From: Bacteroidales bacterium
Lineage (GTDB): Bacteria; Bacteroidota; Bacteroidia; Bacteroidales; GWA2-32-17
NCBI GenBank assembly: GCA_013314715.1
Contig: JABUFC010000011.1
Location: 589 to 64,588 of the forward strand
Length of the DNA: 64,000 nt
Reading direction: 5' to 3'
The position numbers were made by a program, and so were the translations under genes. Of the stretch, positions 20,829 to 31,600 are shown one piece after another. Position 1 is the first letter of the stretch. Every line of letters starts with the position of its first letter. The notes beneath the pieces were generated by a model. It was not told the origin of the DNA. It did not search any database and was given only the letters and a program-made list of their open reading frames with translations.

Positions 20829-20840
20829 TTGTGGGGTGCG

Positions 20841-23792
20841 TTAGAGTTTTTTCTTAACTTCAACTTCGTTGAAACATTCAATAATATCACCAACTTTTAT
20901 GTCGTTGAATTTGTCGATACTTAAACCGCATTCTAAACCGGCTGTAACTTCGCGTGCGTCGTCTTTAAAGCGTTTAAGTGAGCTTAATTCGCCGGTATAT
21001 GCAACAATACCATCGCGTATTACTCTAACCTTAGAAGATCGAACTATTTTTCCTTCGTGTACAAGACATCCGGCTACAGTACCAACTTTACCAATTTTGA
21101 AAGTTTCTTTTACTTCGGCTGAGCCAAGAATTTCTTCTTTTATAACAGGTGAAAGCATACCTTCGATAGCCAATTTTATTTCTTCGATGGCATCATAAAT
21201 AATGGAGTATAAGCGGATTTCGATTTGTTCTTGTTCGGCAAGCTTTCGAGCATTGGCAGAAGGTCGAACTTGGAAGCCTATAATAATTGCTTCAGAAGCG
21301 GTAGCGAGCATAACATCGGATTCAGAAATTTGTCCTACTCCTTTATGTATAACATTTACTTGTATTTCGTCGTTGCTTAGTTTAATTAACGAATCGCTTA
21401 ATGCTTCGATAGAGCCATCAACGTCGCCTTTAATAATAATATTGAGTTCTTTGAAATTGCCCACTTGTAAACGACGTCCAATTTCTTCGAGTGTAATATG
21501 TTTTTGTGTGCGTAATCCTTGTTCACGAATAATTTGGGCTCGTTTATTAGCAATGTCGCGTGCTTCTTGTTCGGAGGTTAATACATTGAATTTATCGCCA
21601 GCTTGAGGGGCACCATTTAATCCGAGTATTTGAACTGGCATAGAGGGACCTGCTTCGTTTAATTTTTGATTACGTTCGTTAAACATGGCTTTAACACGGC
21701 CGTAGTATGTTCCCGCAAGTACAATATCGCCAATGTGCAATGTTCCAGTTTTTACTAACATATTGGCTACATAACCTTTTCCTTTATCGAGCGATGATTC
21801 GATAATAACGCCCGATGCGCGGCGTTTGGGGTTGGCTTTTAAGTCGAGTAAATCGGCTTCGAGTAAAACTTTTTCGAGTAATAGGTTTACATTTAGTCCT
21901 TGTTTTGCAGAAATTTCTTGCGATTGGTATTTGCCGCCCCATTCTTCAACTAATAGGTTCATATTAGCTAATTGTTCGCGAATGCGGTCGGGGTTTGCTT
22001 CGGGTTTATCAATTTTATTGATAGCAAAAATCATGGGTACGCCAGCGGCTTGGGCATGGTTTATAGCTTCTTTTGTTTGAGGTTTAATACCGTCGTCGGC
22101 AGCAATAACGATGATAGCAATATCGGTAACTTGAGCACCACGTGCACGCATAGCTGTAAATGCTTCGTGACCGGGAGTATCGAGGAATGTAATTTGGCGA
22201 CCATTTTCGAGGGTAACGCTATAAGCACCAATATGTTGTGTTATACCACCCGCCTCGCCCGCTACTACATTGGTATTTCGAATATAGTCGAGTAACTTAG
22301 TTTTACCGTGGTCAACATGTCCCATAACCGTAACAATGGGTGGACGTGTTACTAAATCTTCTTCTTTGTCTTCTTGGTCGTCTTGATAATCGGTTTGAAC
22401 ATCGACCGTAATAAATTCTGTTTTAAATCCAAATTCGTCGGCAATTATTGTAATAGTATCGGCATCGAGACGTTGATTGATGGATACAAATAATCCAAGA
22501 CTCATACAGGTTGAAATTACTTCGTTTACAGGAACGTCCATGAGCGAAGCTAATTCGTTAACCGATACAAATTCTGTAATTTTTAAGATGTTTTTTTCTT
22601 TTTCTTGTTGTTCGAGTTCTTCTTGTAAGCGTTGGTTAATGGCATCGCGTTTTTCGCGACGGTATTTAGAGGATTGTGATTTACTTTTATTTTGCATAGA
22701 CGAGATAGTGAACTTTACGGAGCGTTCTACTTCTTCTTCGTCTATTTCATAACGATGTTTTTTCTTTTTGTCTTTTTTGAATTCTTTTTTAGGATTTCGT
22801 TCGTTTTCTTTTTTGGATGGAATAGCGGTTAATGGTTCATTGGGGGCTATTTTAGAAATGTTGATGCGTTTACGCTTACGTTTTTTATCTTCTTTTTCTT
22901 TCTCTTTTTCGTTTGCAGTTGAAAAAACGGGTTTAGCAGTTTTGTTATCTTTTGTTTTATCAGTAGGTTTTGTTGTTGGTTTACGGTCGAATTGTGATAA
23001 GTCTATGGTGCCTTGAATTTTGGGACCATCTAATTTTTTAACCTCGGTACGGTATATTTCTTCGTTTTCTTCAATTTTAGGTTCTTCTGTTATTTCAGTA
23101 TTTTGGTTGATAGGAGTTTGTTCTAATATTTCTTCAGGTTTCTTTTCTTCTTCTTCTTGAGAAGTATTAGAGGTTGGTTCAACGGTATTTAATTCTTTAT
23201 TAGTTTTTTTAGATTTCTTTTTGCTTTTATCTTCGAGTTCTATTTTTGTTAAAACTTTGGGTCCTTCTATTTTAGGAATTTCAGTAGAAATAAGTTCGGG
23301 TTCATTTTTGGGGGTAATGGTTGTATTTTCTTGTGTTTGAGGTTCATCTTTAGGTTCTATTTTAACCTCTTTTTTTTCTTCTTTTTTGAGTTCTGGTTGG
23401 GGTTCGGGTGTAGGTTCTTCTTTTTTCTTAGGTTTTAGATTTTCAAGTTCAATTTTGCCTGTGATTTTAGGACCTTGAATAATGGGTTTTATGTCAAAAA
23501 TTTCTTCTTCCTCTTCTTTGGTTTGTTCTTTATTTTTTGATGCATTCACATCATCAAGGGTTACAACTCGTTTATCGGCATTATTGATATTAATAGATTC
23601 AGATTTCTTTTTAAGGTTGCTATCAGAGCTAAATTCTTTTAGCAACTCTTGATACATTTCGCTTGTTATTTTAGCGTTAGGATCTTTTTCGATATCAAAT
23701 TTTTTCTTTTTTAGGAATTCGACAATGGTTTCTATCCCAACGTTTAATTCTTTTGCTACTTTGTTTAGTCGTAATAATTTAGCTTCTGTCAT
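20841..23792 (-). CDS. infB: translation initiation factor IF-2
   Basis: G-domain motifs VMGHVDHGKT, DTPGH and NKID. Long K/E-rich N-terminal region. Confidence 0.97.
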   Translation of the reverse strand: MTEAKLLRLNKVAKELNVGIETIVEFLKKKKFDIEKDPNAKITSEMYQELLKEFSSDSNLKKKSESININNADKRVVTLDDVNASKNKEQTKEEEEEIFDIKPIIQGPKITGKIELENLKPKKKEEPTPEPQPELKKEEKKEVKIEPKDEPQTQENTTITPKNEPELISTEIPKIEGPKVLTKIELEDKSKKKSKKTNKELNTVEPTSNTSQEEEEKKPEEILEQTPINQNTEITEEPKIEENEEIYRTEVKKLDGPKIQGTIDLSQFDRKPTTKPTDKTKDNKTAKPVFSTANEKEKEKEDKKRKRKRINISKIAPNEPLTAIPSKKENERNPKKEFKKDKKKKHRYEIDEEEVERSVKFTISSMQNKSKSQSSKYRREKRDAINQRLQEELEQQEKEKNILKITEFVSVNELASLMDVPVNEVISTCMSLGLFVSINQRLDADTITIIADEFGFKTEFITVDVQTDYQDDQEDKEEDLVTRPPIVTVMGHVDHGKTKLLDYIRNTNVVAGEAGGITQHIGAYSVTLENGRQITFLDTPGHEAFTAMRARGAQVTDIAIIVIAADDGIKPQTKEAINHAQAAGVPMIFAINKIDKPEANPDRIREQLANMNLLVEEWGGKYQSQEISAKQGLNVNLLLEKVLLEADLLDLKANPKRRASGVIIESSLDKGKGYVANMLVKTGTLHIGDIVLAGTYYGRVKAMFNERNQKLNEAGPSMPVQILGLNGAPQAGDKFNVLTSEQEARDIANKRAQIIREQGLRTQKHITLEEIGRRLQVGNFKELNIIIKGDVDGSIEALSDSLIKLSNDEIQVNVIHKGVGQISESDVMLATASEAIIIGFQVRPSANARKLAEQEQIEIRLYSIIYDAIEEIKLAIEGMLSPVIKEEILGSAEVKETFKIGKVGTVAGCLVHEGKIVRSSKVRVIRDGIVAYTGELSSLKRFKDDAREVTAGLECGLSIDKFNDIKVGDIIECFNEVEVKKKL

Positions 23793-23836
23793 AGCGATGT
23801 TTTGTTTATATGATAATTTTGTAAAAGTATTAAATA

Positions 23837-25084
23837 TTAAGATTCGAATTCTTCTTTTATAACACTGATTACATGTTTAATTGTTTCTTCTTCGAGATCG
23901 GTTAGTCGTACAAGTTCTTCAGGAGTGTATTTGAGTACACTTTTAGCGGTATCGCAACCAATTTTGTTGAGTTCTTCGATTACCCATTCGTCGATTTCAT
24001 CGGTAAATTCAGAAAGATCAATATCTTCTTCTTCTCCTTCAACAAGGTTACGGAATACATCTATTTCATATCCCGTTAGTTGGCTTGCTAGTTTAATATT
24101 GAAGCCACCTTTACCAATAGCTAAAGATACTTGATCGGGATCGAGATATACTTCGGCTCTTTTTTTGCCATCTTTTTCGATGAGTTTTATTTCAGAAACT
24201 TTAGCCGGGCTTAATGCTCGTTGAATATACAATGCTGTGTTGTTGGTGTAGTTTATAACATCGATGTTTTCATTTCGAAGTTCTCTAACAATGCCATGAA
24301 TTCTTGATCCTTTAACACCTACACAAGCTCCCACGGGGTCAATGCGTTCGTCGTACGATTCTACAGCAACCTTGGCACGTTCGCCAGGGATACGAACAAT
24401 TTTTTTTATGGTAATAAGTCCATCGTATATTTCGGGAACTTCTTGTTCAAATAATCGTTCAAGAAATACTGGCGAAGTACGAGAAACGATAATAAATGGA
24501 GTATTGTTTTTCATTTCAACTTTAATTAGTACAGCTCGAACAACGTCGCCTTTGCGATAAAAATCGGTTGGTATTTGTTCGCTACGTGGGAGAATAAGTT
24601 CATTGCCTTCGTCGTCAATAAGTAAAATTTCTTTTTTCCATACCTGATAAACTTCGCCGGTAACGATTTCGCCAATTTTTTCTTTGTATTTATTAAAAAC
24701 ATTACTTTTTTCGTATTCGAGAACTTTCGATTGTAAGTTCTGGCGCATAGCCAGTATAGTTCTGCGATTAAGTTTGTTAATATCCACTGCTTCCGTCACT
24801 TCTTCGCCAATTTCGTAATCTTCGTCAATTTTACGAGCTTCTGATAAAGGGATTTGAGTAACTGGATCGGTATATTCATCGTCAGCAACAACTAATCGAT
24901 TATGCCAAATTTCGAAGTCATTTTTATCTGGATTTATGATAATATCAAAATTTTCGAATGTTCCGTATTCGCGTTTAAGAGCATTTTGAAGTACCTCTTC
25001 TAAAATTTTCATTAGGGTAGGACGGTCAATGTTTTTTTGTTCTTTGAATTCTGCAAAAAACTCCATTAAATTCAAATTCTTCAT
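23837..25084 (-). CDS. nusA: transcription termination/antitermination factor NusA
   Basis: Order of NusA N-terminal, S1 and two KH domains (GACVGVKGSRI, AIGKGGFNIKLA), within rimP-nusA-infB synteny. Confidence 0.95.
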   Translation of the reverse strand: MKNLNLMEFFAEFKEQKNIDRPTLMKILEEVLQNALKREYGTFENFDIIINPDKNDFEIWHNRLVVADDEYTDPVTQIPLSEARKIDEDYEIGEEVTEAVDINKLNRRTILAMRQNLQSKVLEYEKSNVFNKYKEKIGEIVTGEVYQVWKKEILLIDDEGNELILPRSEQIPTDFYRKGDVVRAVLIKVEMKNNTPFIIVSRTSPVFLERLFEQEVPEIYDGLITIKKIVRIPGERAKVAVESYDERIDPVGACVGVKGSRIHGIVRELRNENIDVINYTNNTALYIQRALSPAKVSEIKLIEKDGKKRAEVYLDPDQVSLAIGKGGFNIKLASQLTGYEIDVFRNLVEGEEEDIDLSEFTDEIDEWVIEELNKIGCDTAKSVLKYTPEELVRLTDLEEETIKHVISVIKEEFES

Positions 25085-25096
25085 AGCTTTATAGCA

Positions 25097-25522
25097 TTAA
25101 AAAAGTTTAACTTTTACTTGTTTTATTAAATTATTTTCGAGGATAAGTTCTTTTGTTGTGTTTTTTTTCCCTTCTAATTCTATAACGGTTTGTTCGGGGG
25201 TGTAACTTTTAAGAGTTCCTATTATTTTTTTTCCATCGGTTGTTTTAATTTCAACTTTATGACCTATATTTTTAATAAATTGTATAGGTGCTCGTAGGGG
25301 TTTGTCGATACCAGCAGATGATACGGTTAGTTCAATGTTAATTTCTTCAGAAAGTTGTTCAAAAACAAAGCGTGACATTAAGGCACAATCGTCTATTGTA
25401 ATACCCTCAAGGCTTTCGATATAAATACAATAGCTATTGCCACGAGATTCTGTTATCTCAATTATTTCGAAGTTTTTATTTAATGGTGTTTTTGATGCTA
25501 TGTCGAACAGTTTTTCTTTCAT
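25097..25522 (-). CDS. rimP: ribosome maturation factor RimP
   Basis: Size, position directly upstream of nusA, and a RimP-like SSAGIDKPL motif. Confidence 0.7.
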   Translation of the reverse strand: MKEKLFDIASKTPLNKNFEIIEITESRGNSYCIYIESLEGITIDDCALMSRFVFEQLSEEINIELTVSSAGIDKPLRAPIQFIKNIGHKVEIKTTDGKKIIGTLKSYTPEQTVIELEGKKNTTKELILENNLIKQVKVKLF

Positions 25523-25534
25523 TTGATATGATTT

Positions 25535-25561
25535 AAAAAAATAGGGGACTTTTTGTCCCCT
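25535..25561 (-). terminator. intrinsic terminator hairpin (AGGGGAC-aaaaa-GTCCCCT followed by ATTTTTTT) in the rimP leader
   Basis: Perfect 7-bp GC-rich stem at 25543-25561 and a T-run on the minus strand, 12 nt upstream of the rimP ATG. Confidence 0.6.
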
Positions 25562-25587
25562 GAATATAATATCCCCTAAATTTGTTG

Positions 25588-25595
25588 CAAAGATA
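25588..25595 (-). promoter_or_regulatory. -7 promoter box TAtcTTTG upstream of the rimP leader hairpin
   Basis: Reverse complement of caaagata, 26 nt upstream of the hairpin on the minus strand. Confidence 0.35.
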
Positions 25596-25686
25596 ATATG
25601 TTTTTATTAAAAATCCTAATATGAATGTATAAAAATTAAAAAGGTTGCCCTTTTAAGACAGCCTCTTTTTGTAAATTAGATAAAGT

Positions 25687-28600
25687 CTAATATTTGATAG
25701 TTATTGTTCCCGTTATAGGATCTTTATCTTTACTTATTTTTATTATATATAAATAAGGTCCCATTGGTAGTTCTTTACCATTGTATTTGCCATCCCATTG
25801 TTTTGAGCGGTCGGTATAATTAAATCCGCTACCGGTATAAATAAATAATAAATCGCCCCAACGATTATATATTTCGATGCTGATATCTTCATATCCTCCG
25901 ATACCAAGAATTTCGAAGGTTTCATTTTTGCCATCGCCATTGGGTGTAATAACCGAAGGTATTACAAGTTGAATATCGATGGTAAAGGTATCGACAGATA
26001 TACAATTATTAGCATCAGTAACGGTAATAATATAATTGTCGGCTGTAAGATTATTGATATTTGCTGTTGTTGCACCATTACTCCATAAGTATGTATAAGG
26101 TAACGTTCCTCCGGTTGTTGTAGTTTGAATATAGCCTAAATTATTTGAAGGATCTTGGCCTATAATACCCGTTGTAACCATGGGTAGTGGGTTCGCAATA
26201 ACGGCAATGCCTGTAGTTACACATAAATTAGCATCGGTAACAGTAACCAAGTAGGTACCTGCGGTAAGATTGGTTATTTGTTGACTTGAAGAACCAGTTG
26301 ACCAAGCAAAAGTATAAGGTTCAGTGCCACCTGTTGGATTGATGGTTATACTTCCATTGTTTCCGTTGTAACATAATGGATTGGTTGCTGTAGTTATAGC
26401 TTGTAATGGTAAAGGTTCTAAAATAGTTTGTTGATAAATAACGGTACAATTGTTAGCGTCGGTTACTGTTACAGTATAGGTTCCCCCTGCTAGGTTTGTT
26501 ATGGTAGCAGTTTGTAATCCAGTATTCCATAAATAGGAGTAAGGAGCAAGTCCGCCATTTACATTTATACTTATGCTACCATTTTGTAAACCATTACAAG
26601 TTACATTCTGAACGGTTGAAGTTGCAAGTAAAATGGGAGGTTGTGTAATTAGAATGATAGTATCAGCAGTACATCCATTAGCATCGGTAACAGTTACTGA
26701 ATATTGGCCAGCATTTAAGTTGGTTACAGTAGAAGTAGTTGCTCCATTGCTCCAGTTATATTGATAAGGTGGAGTGCCACCAATTAAATCAATAGAGATG
26801 CTTCCGCTATTTTCACCATAGCAATGAGCATGAGTTAAAGAAGTAACGGTAATGTTTCCAGCAGGTAGATTGGTTATTTGAATTGTTTGTACATCTGTAC
26901 AAGCATTACTATCGTATATGGTTACTGAATAACTACCACTCGATAATCCTTGAATAGTGTCGTTTGTCTGACCATTTGACCATAAGAAATTATACGAAGG
27001 TGTACCTCCAACAGCTTCAACATAAGCCCAACCATTTTGAGCATTACAGTTGGCAGAGAATGCGTAAGCAGTTGCGGTTACAGGAGTAGGAGCAGAAATG
27101 TAAACAGAATCTATGCTTGAGCATCCATGAGCATCATGAACTGTAACGTAGTAAGTTTGATTACCTGCAACATTGCTCAAGGTATCATTGGTAGTCGATA
27201 AGGCGTCGCTCCATATAAAGGAATATGGGCTTGTTCCACCCGAAACAACAACATAAGCCATACCATCTTGGCTATTACTGCATTTAGGCGATAAAGGTTC
27301 ACCTATATTTAGATCCAAAGCTGTGGGTTCTGATAAGGTAAGATTCAAAGATGCCGAACAATTATGGGCATCCAAAACAGTTACAAAGTAACTTCCGGCA
27401 CCAATATTATTTAAATTTGCAGTGGTAGCTAGTGTGTTTCCAAGTACATCTTGCCATATGTAATTATAAGCAGCGGTTCCACCTTCAGCATGAAGTTGAA
27501 TACTTCCATTTGTTAATCCAAAACAACTAGGCTGAATAATAGAATCAACATTAAATACTAAGATATTAGGCTGAGATACTACTACAGAATCGATGCTTAC
27601 GCAACCGGCACCATCGGTAACACTTAAATAGTAAGTTCCAGCTGGAACATTATAAATAGAATCAGTTATAGAACCTGTTGACCATAATAATGTAATAGGT
27701 GAAGTGCCTCCTTGAATGGTTGCTAAAACTTTGCCCGATGAATCTCCGTAACATGAAGGTAATTGCGTTATATTAAATGTCATTGTAGGAGCATTTATGT
27801 CTGATACACTACCAGTAAAAATTGCTGTACAACCATGCAGGTCTGTAATGGTTACTGAATATGAACCAGCGCTTAGATTATTGGCGAGTGCAGTTGTTTG
27901 ATTTCCAGCTCCAGCATCCCACTGATAACTATAAGGAGGAATACCTCCACTGGCCATTGCTTCTAAACTACCATCAGACTGGTTACAATGTGATTGAGTA
28001 GAGGTAAAAGTATTTTGAATAGCTGTAGGTTCATCAATGTTAATACTAGCAGTCATAGTACAATTATTAGCATCGGTTACAGTTACAGTGTAAGTACCAG
28101 CTTGTAAATTGCTGATATCTTCGCTCGATTGACTATTATTCCAATTGTAAACATAAGCTGGTGTGCCACCACTAACAGTTATGTCTATACTACCATCGCT
28201 TGAACCATAGCATAATGTGGAGTCTGCTGACATGGTAATTTGAATTTGAGTTGGCTGACTGATAAATATACTATCTTTTTTAGTACATCCATTTAAGTCG
28301 GTTACAGTAACATAATACATACCACTTGTTAAATTAGAAATACTGATAGTATTTTGATTGGTTGACCAGTGATAGCCATATGGACTAGTACCTCCAGATG
28401 CGGTAACAAATGCAGAACCATTATTACCGCCATAGCAACTAATAGCATTTGATTGTGTAATTACGGTAGAAATAGCAGTTGGTTCTGTAATGGTAACATT
28501 TGAAGTTGCCGTACAAGAATGCCCATCAGTAACTGTTAATGTATAAACTCCAGCTGTTACGTTAGAAATACTGTTTGATGTTGAACCATTAGACCAGTTA

Positions 28601-31600
28601 TAGTTATATGGCATAGTTCCACCAAGAACATTTACAGCTGCAGATCCATCATTTCCACCATTACATAAAACGTTATTTAAAATAGGAACATTAATGGTGA
28701 TAGCATTGGGTTGAATAATGTTTGCTCCAGAGGTTATGGTACAATTATTAGCATCGGTTATGGTTACGGTATAGTTACCCGCTTGAACATTACTAATATT
28801 CGCTGATGTAGCTCCATTGTTCCAAGAATATGTATAAGGAGTAGTACCTCCACTTACCGAGATTGTTGCAGAACCATCACTTCCACCATTACACGATACA
28901 TTATTTAGAGCTGTAACCATAACAGACATTCCGGCAGGTTGAGAAACAGTTGTATTGGCCATGGTAGTACAACCTCTAGAGTCTGTTATAGTAACAGTAT
29001 AATTGCCAGCAGATAAGTTATTAACATTTTGTGTATTGGCACCATGGGACCAGTTATAGAAATAACCCGGTGTTCCGCCCGAAGCAGCTACTGAAGCAGA
29101 ACCATTATTATATCCATAACATGAAGGGGGAATAACCGAAATGATTGAAGCAGTTAAAGCCGATGGTTGCGTAATTACTATACTTTGAACAGCTTGACAG
29201 CCAATTTGATCGGTTACAGTCACAGAATAAGTATTAGCAGCTAAATTAGTAAGCGAAGTGCCATTGGCACCATTCGACCAACTATATGAGTAAGATGGAG
29301 TACCACCTGTTACTGAAATATCAATAGCACCATTATTACCACCATAACAATTTACGTTAGTAACATTATCAACCGATATGATAGGAGCACCAGTATTGTT
29401 TACTGAAACGGTTTCAACTTGTGAGCAATTATTGGCATCGGTTATCGTTACTGAATAATTACCTGCTGGAATTGCATTAATACTTGGAGTTGAAGCTCCT
29501 GTATTCCATTGATAAGTATATGGGCTAGTACCTCCAGATACACTTACATTAGCCGAACCATTAGAATTTCCACAAGTAGCATCAGTTACATTTGGTGTTA
29601 CATTCATTAATGAAGGTTCTGTTATAGTAATAACAGATGTTTTGGTACAACCATTATTATCGGTAACGGTAACTGTATATGAACCTGCGGTTAATCCCGA
29701 TATAGAATTAGTAGTAGCACCACCCGGTAGCCATAAATAACTGTAACTTGGTGTGCCTCCCGATACATTTACACTTGCCATACCATTAGAACCTCCATTA
29801 CACGAAACGTTTGTTGATGAAGGAGTTATAGTAATGATTGTTGGTTGAGTTATAGTAACACTAGCTGTTGAGGTACAAGAATTATTATCACTAACGGTTA
29901 CCGTATAGGTCCCTGCCGAGAGGCCAGATATATTTGAGGTTGTTTGACCATTATTCCATAAATATACGTATGAAGGTGTGCCGCCCGAAACGCTTACCGA
30001 TGCACTACCGTTATTGCCACCATAGCATAATACATTTGAAGAAGAACTTATATTAGTTGTTAGAGCTGTTGGTTGTGTAATAGTTACACTGCTTGTTGAA
30101 GTACAACCTTTATTATCAGTTACAGTTACAGTGTATGTGCCTGCAGATAAGTTTGTGATTGAAGCCGTTGTTTGGCTGTTAGACCACAAATAGGTATAAG
30201 GACTTGTTCCTCCAAATGCAGAAACCGTTGCAGCACCTGTAGAAGCACCAAAACAATTAACTGGAGTAGAAGACGATATAGCAGAGGTTAAAACGGTAGG
30301 TTGTGTAATGTTTACATTGCTAGTAGTAGTACAACCATTATTATCGGTTATTGTTACTGTGTAATTACCAGCTGTCAGATTTGATGCAGTAGCTGTGGTT
30401 TGACTTGGGTTTGTATTCCATAAGTAAGTATAACTTGGTGTTCCACCACTTGCAGTAACTGTTGCTGAACCATTGTTTCCACCATTACATGAAACATTTG
30501 TTGAAGATGATATAGAAGATGTGAGTTGCGAGGGTTGGGTAATAGTAACAGAAGTTGTAGCAGAGCAATTATTTGCATCGCGAACAGTAACGGTATATGT
30601 ACCAGCGGTTAATCCAGAAGCATTGGCAGTTGTTGAACCAGATGACCAATTATAACTATAACCAGGGGTACCGCCCGAAGAACTTACAGTTGCACTTCCA
30701 TTATTTCCACCAAAACACGAAACATTACTTGAAGATGAAATGTTTACACTAATAGCTGTGGGTTGACTAACGGTGTAACTAGCTACAAACGAACAATTAT
30801 TGGCATCTTTTACAGTAACACTATAATTTCCAGCCGTTAGTCCAGTTATAGATGAGGTAGTAGCAGAGTTTGACCACAAATATGTATATCCTGGTGTTCC
30901 ACCGGTAGGATTTACAGAAGCAGTACCATTATTCCCGCCAAAACACGAAACTGAAGTTCCACTTGTTGTTGCATTTACTGCAGTAGGTTGGCTTATAGTA
31001 ACGGTACTTACCGAAGTACAACTATGGGAGTCGGTTACTGTAACATTATAGGTTGCAGCTGATAAATTGGTAGCTGTTGCGGTTGTTTGACCATTTGACC
31101 ATGCATACGAATAAGCAGGCGATCCACCTGATGCTGTTACAGTAGCAGAACCATTGTTACCTCCATTGCAACTAACATTCGTAGTTGAACTTATGGCTGA
31201 AGTTAAATTTGAGGGTTGACTTACGCTAGCGCTGCTTATTAGAGTACAACTATGACTATCAGTTATGGTTACAGAATAGGTTCCAGCAGTTAAACCTGAA
31301 ATAGTTTGCGTTGTTTGTGAATTTGACCATAAATAAGTATATGGTGCAGTGCCACCACTTGGATTAACGGTTAAACTACCATTACTTTGACCATTACATG
31401 AAACGTCGGTTGTATTAAAAGTTGAAGATAGCGCAGAAGGTTGAGTAATAGTTACAGAAGAGGTGCTCGAACAGTTATTTTGATCTTTAACTGTTACAAT
31501 ATAAGTTCCTGCCGATAAACCAGAAGCAGTAGCAGAGGTAGCACCACTAGACCATGTATAGGTATATCCAGGTGTTCCACCCGAAGCACTTGCAGTAGCA

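Noticed and set aside
20869-23016. Plus-strand ORFs of 82-134 aa (20869..21198, 21202..21606, 21826..22080, 21972..22295, 22477..22752, 22768..23016)
   Set aside because: All lie antisense inside infB, which has unambiguous GTPase motifs. They have Ser/Leu-rich, low-complexity translations typical of shadow ORFs.
25641-25670. Weak hairpin (GGTTGCC...GACAGCC) just after the adhesin stop, considered as its terminator
   Set aside because: The stem has a mismatch and a wobble pair and is only 7 bp. It is kept as a possibility but not called. The strong hairpin at 25543-25561 is the convincing one.
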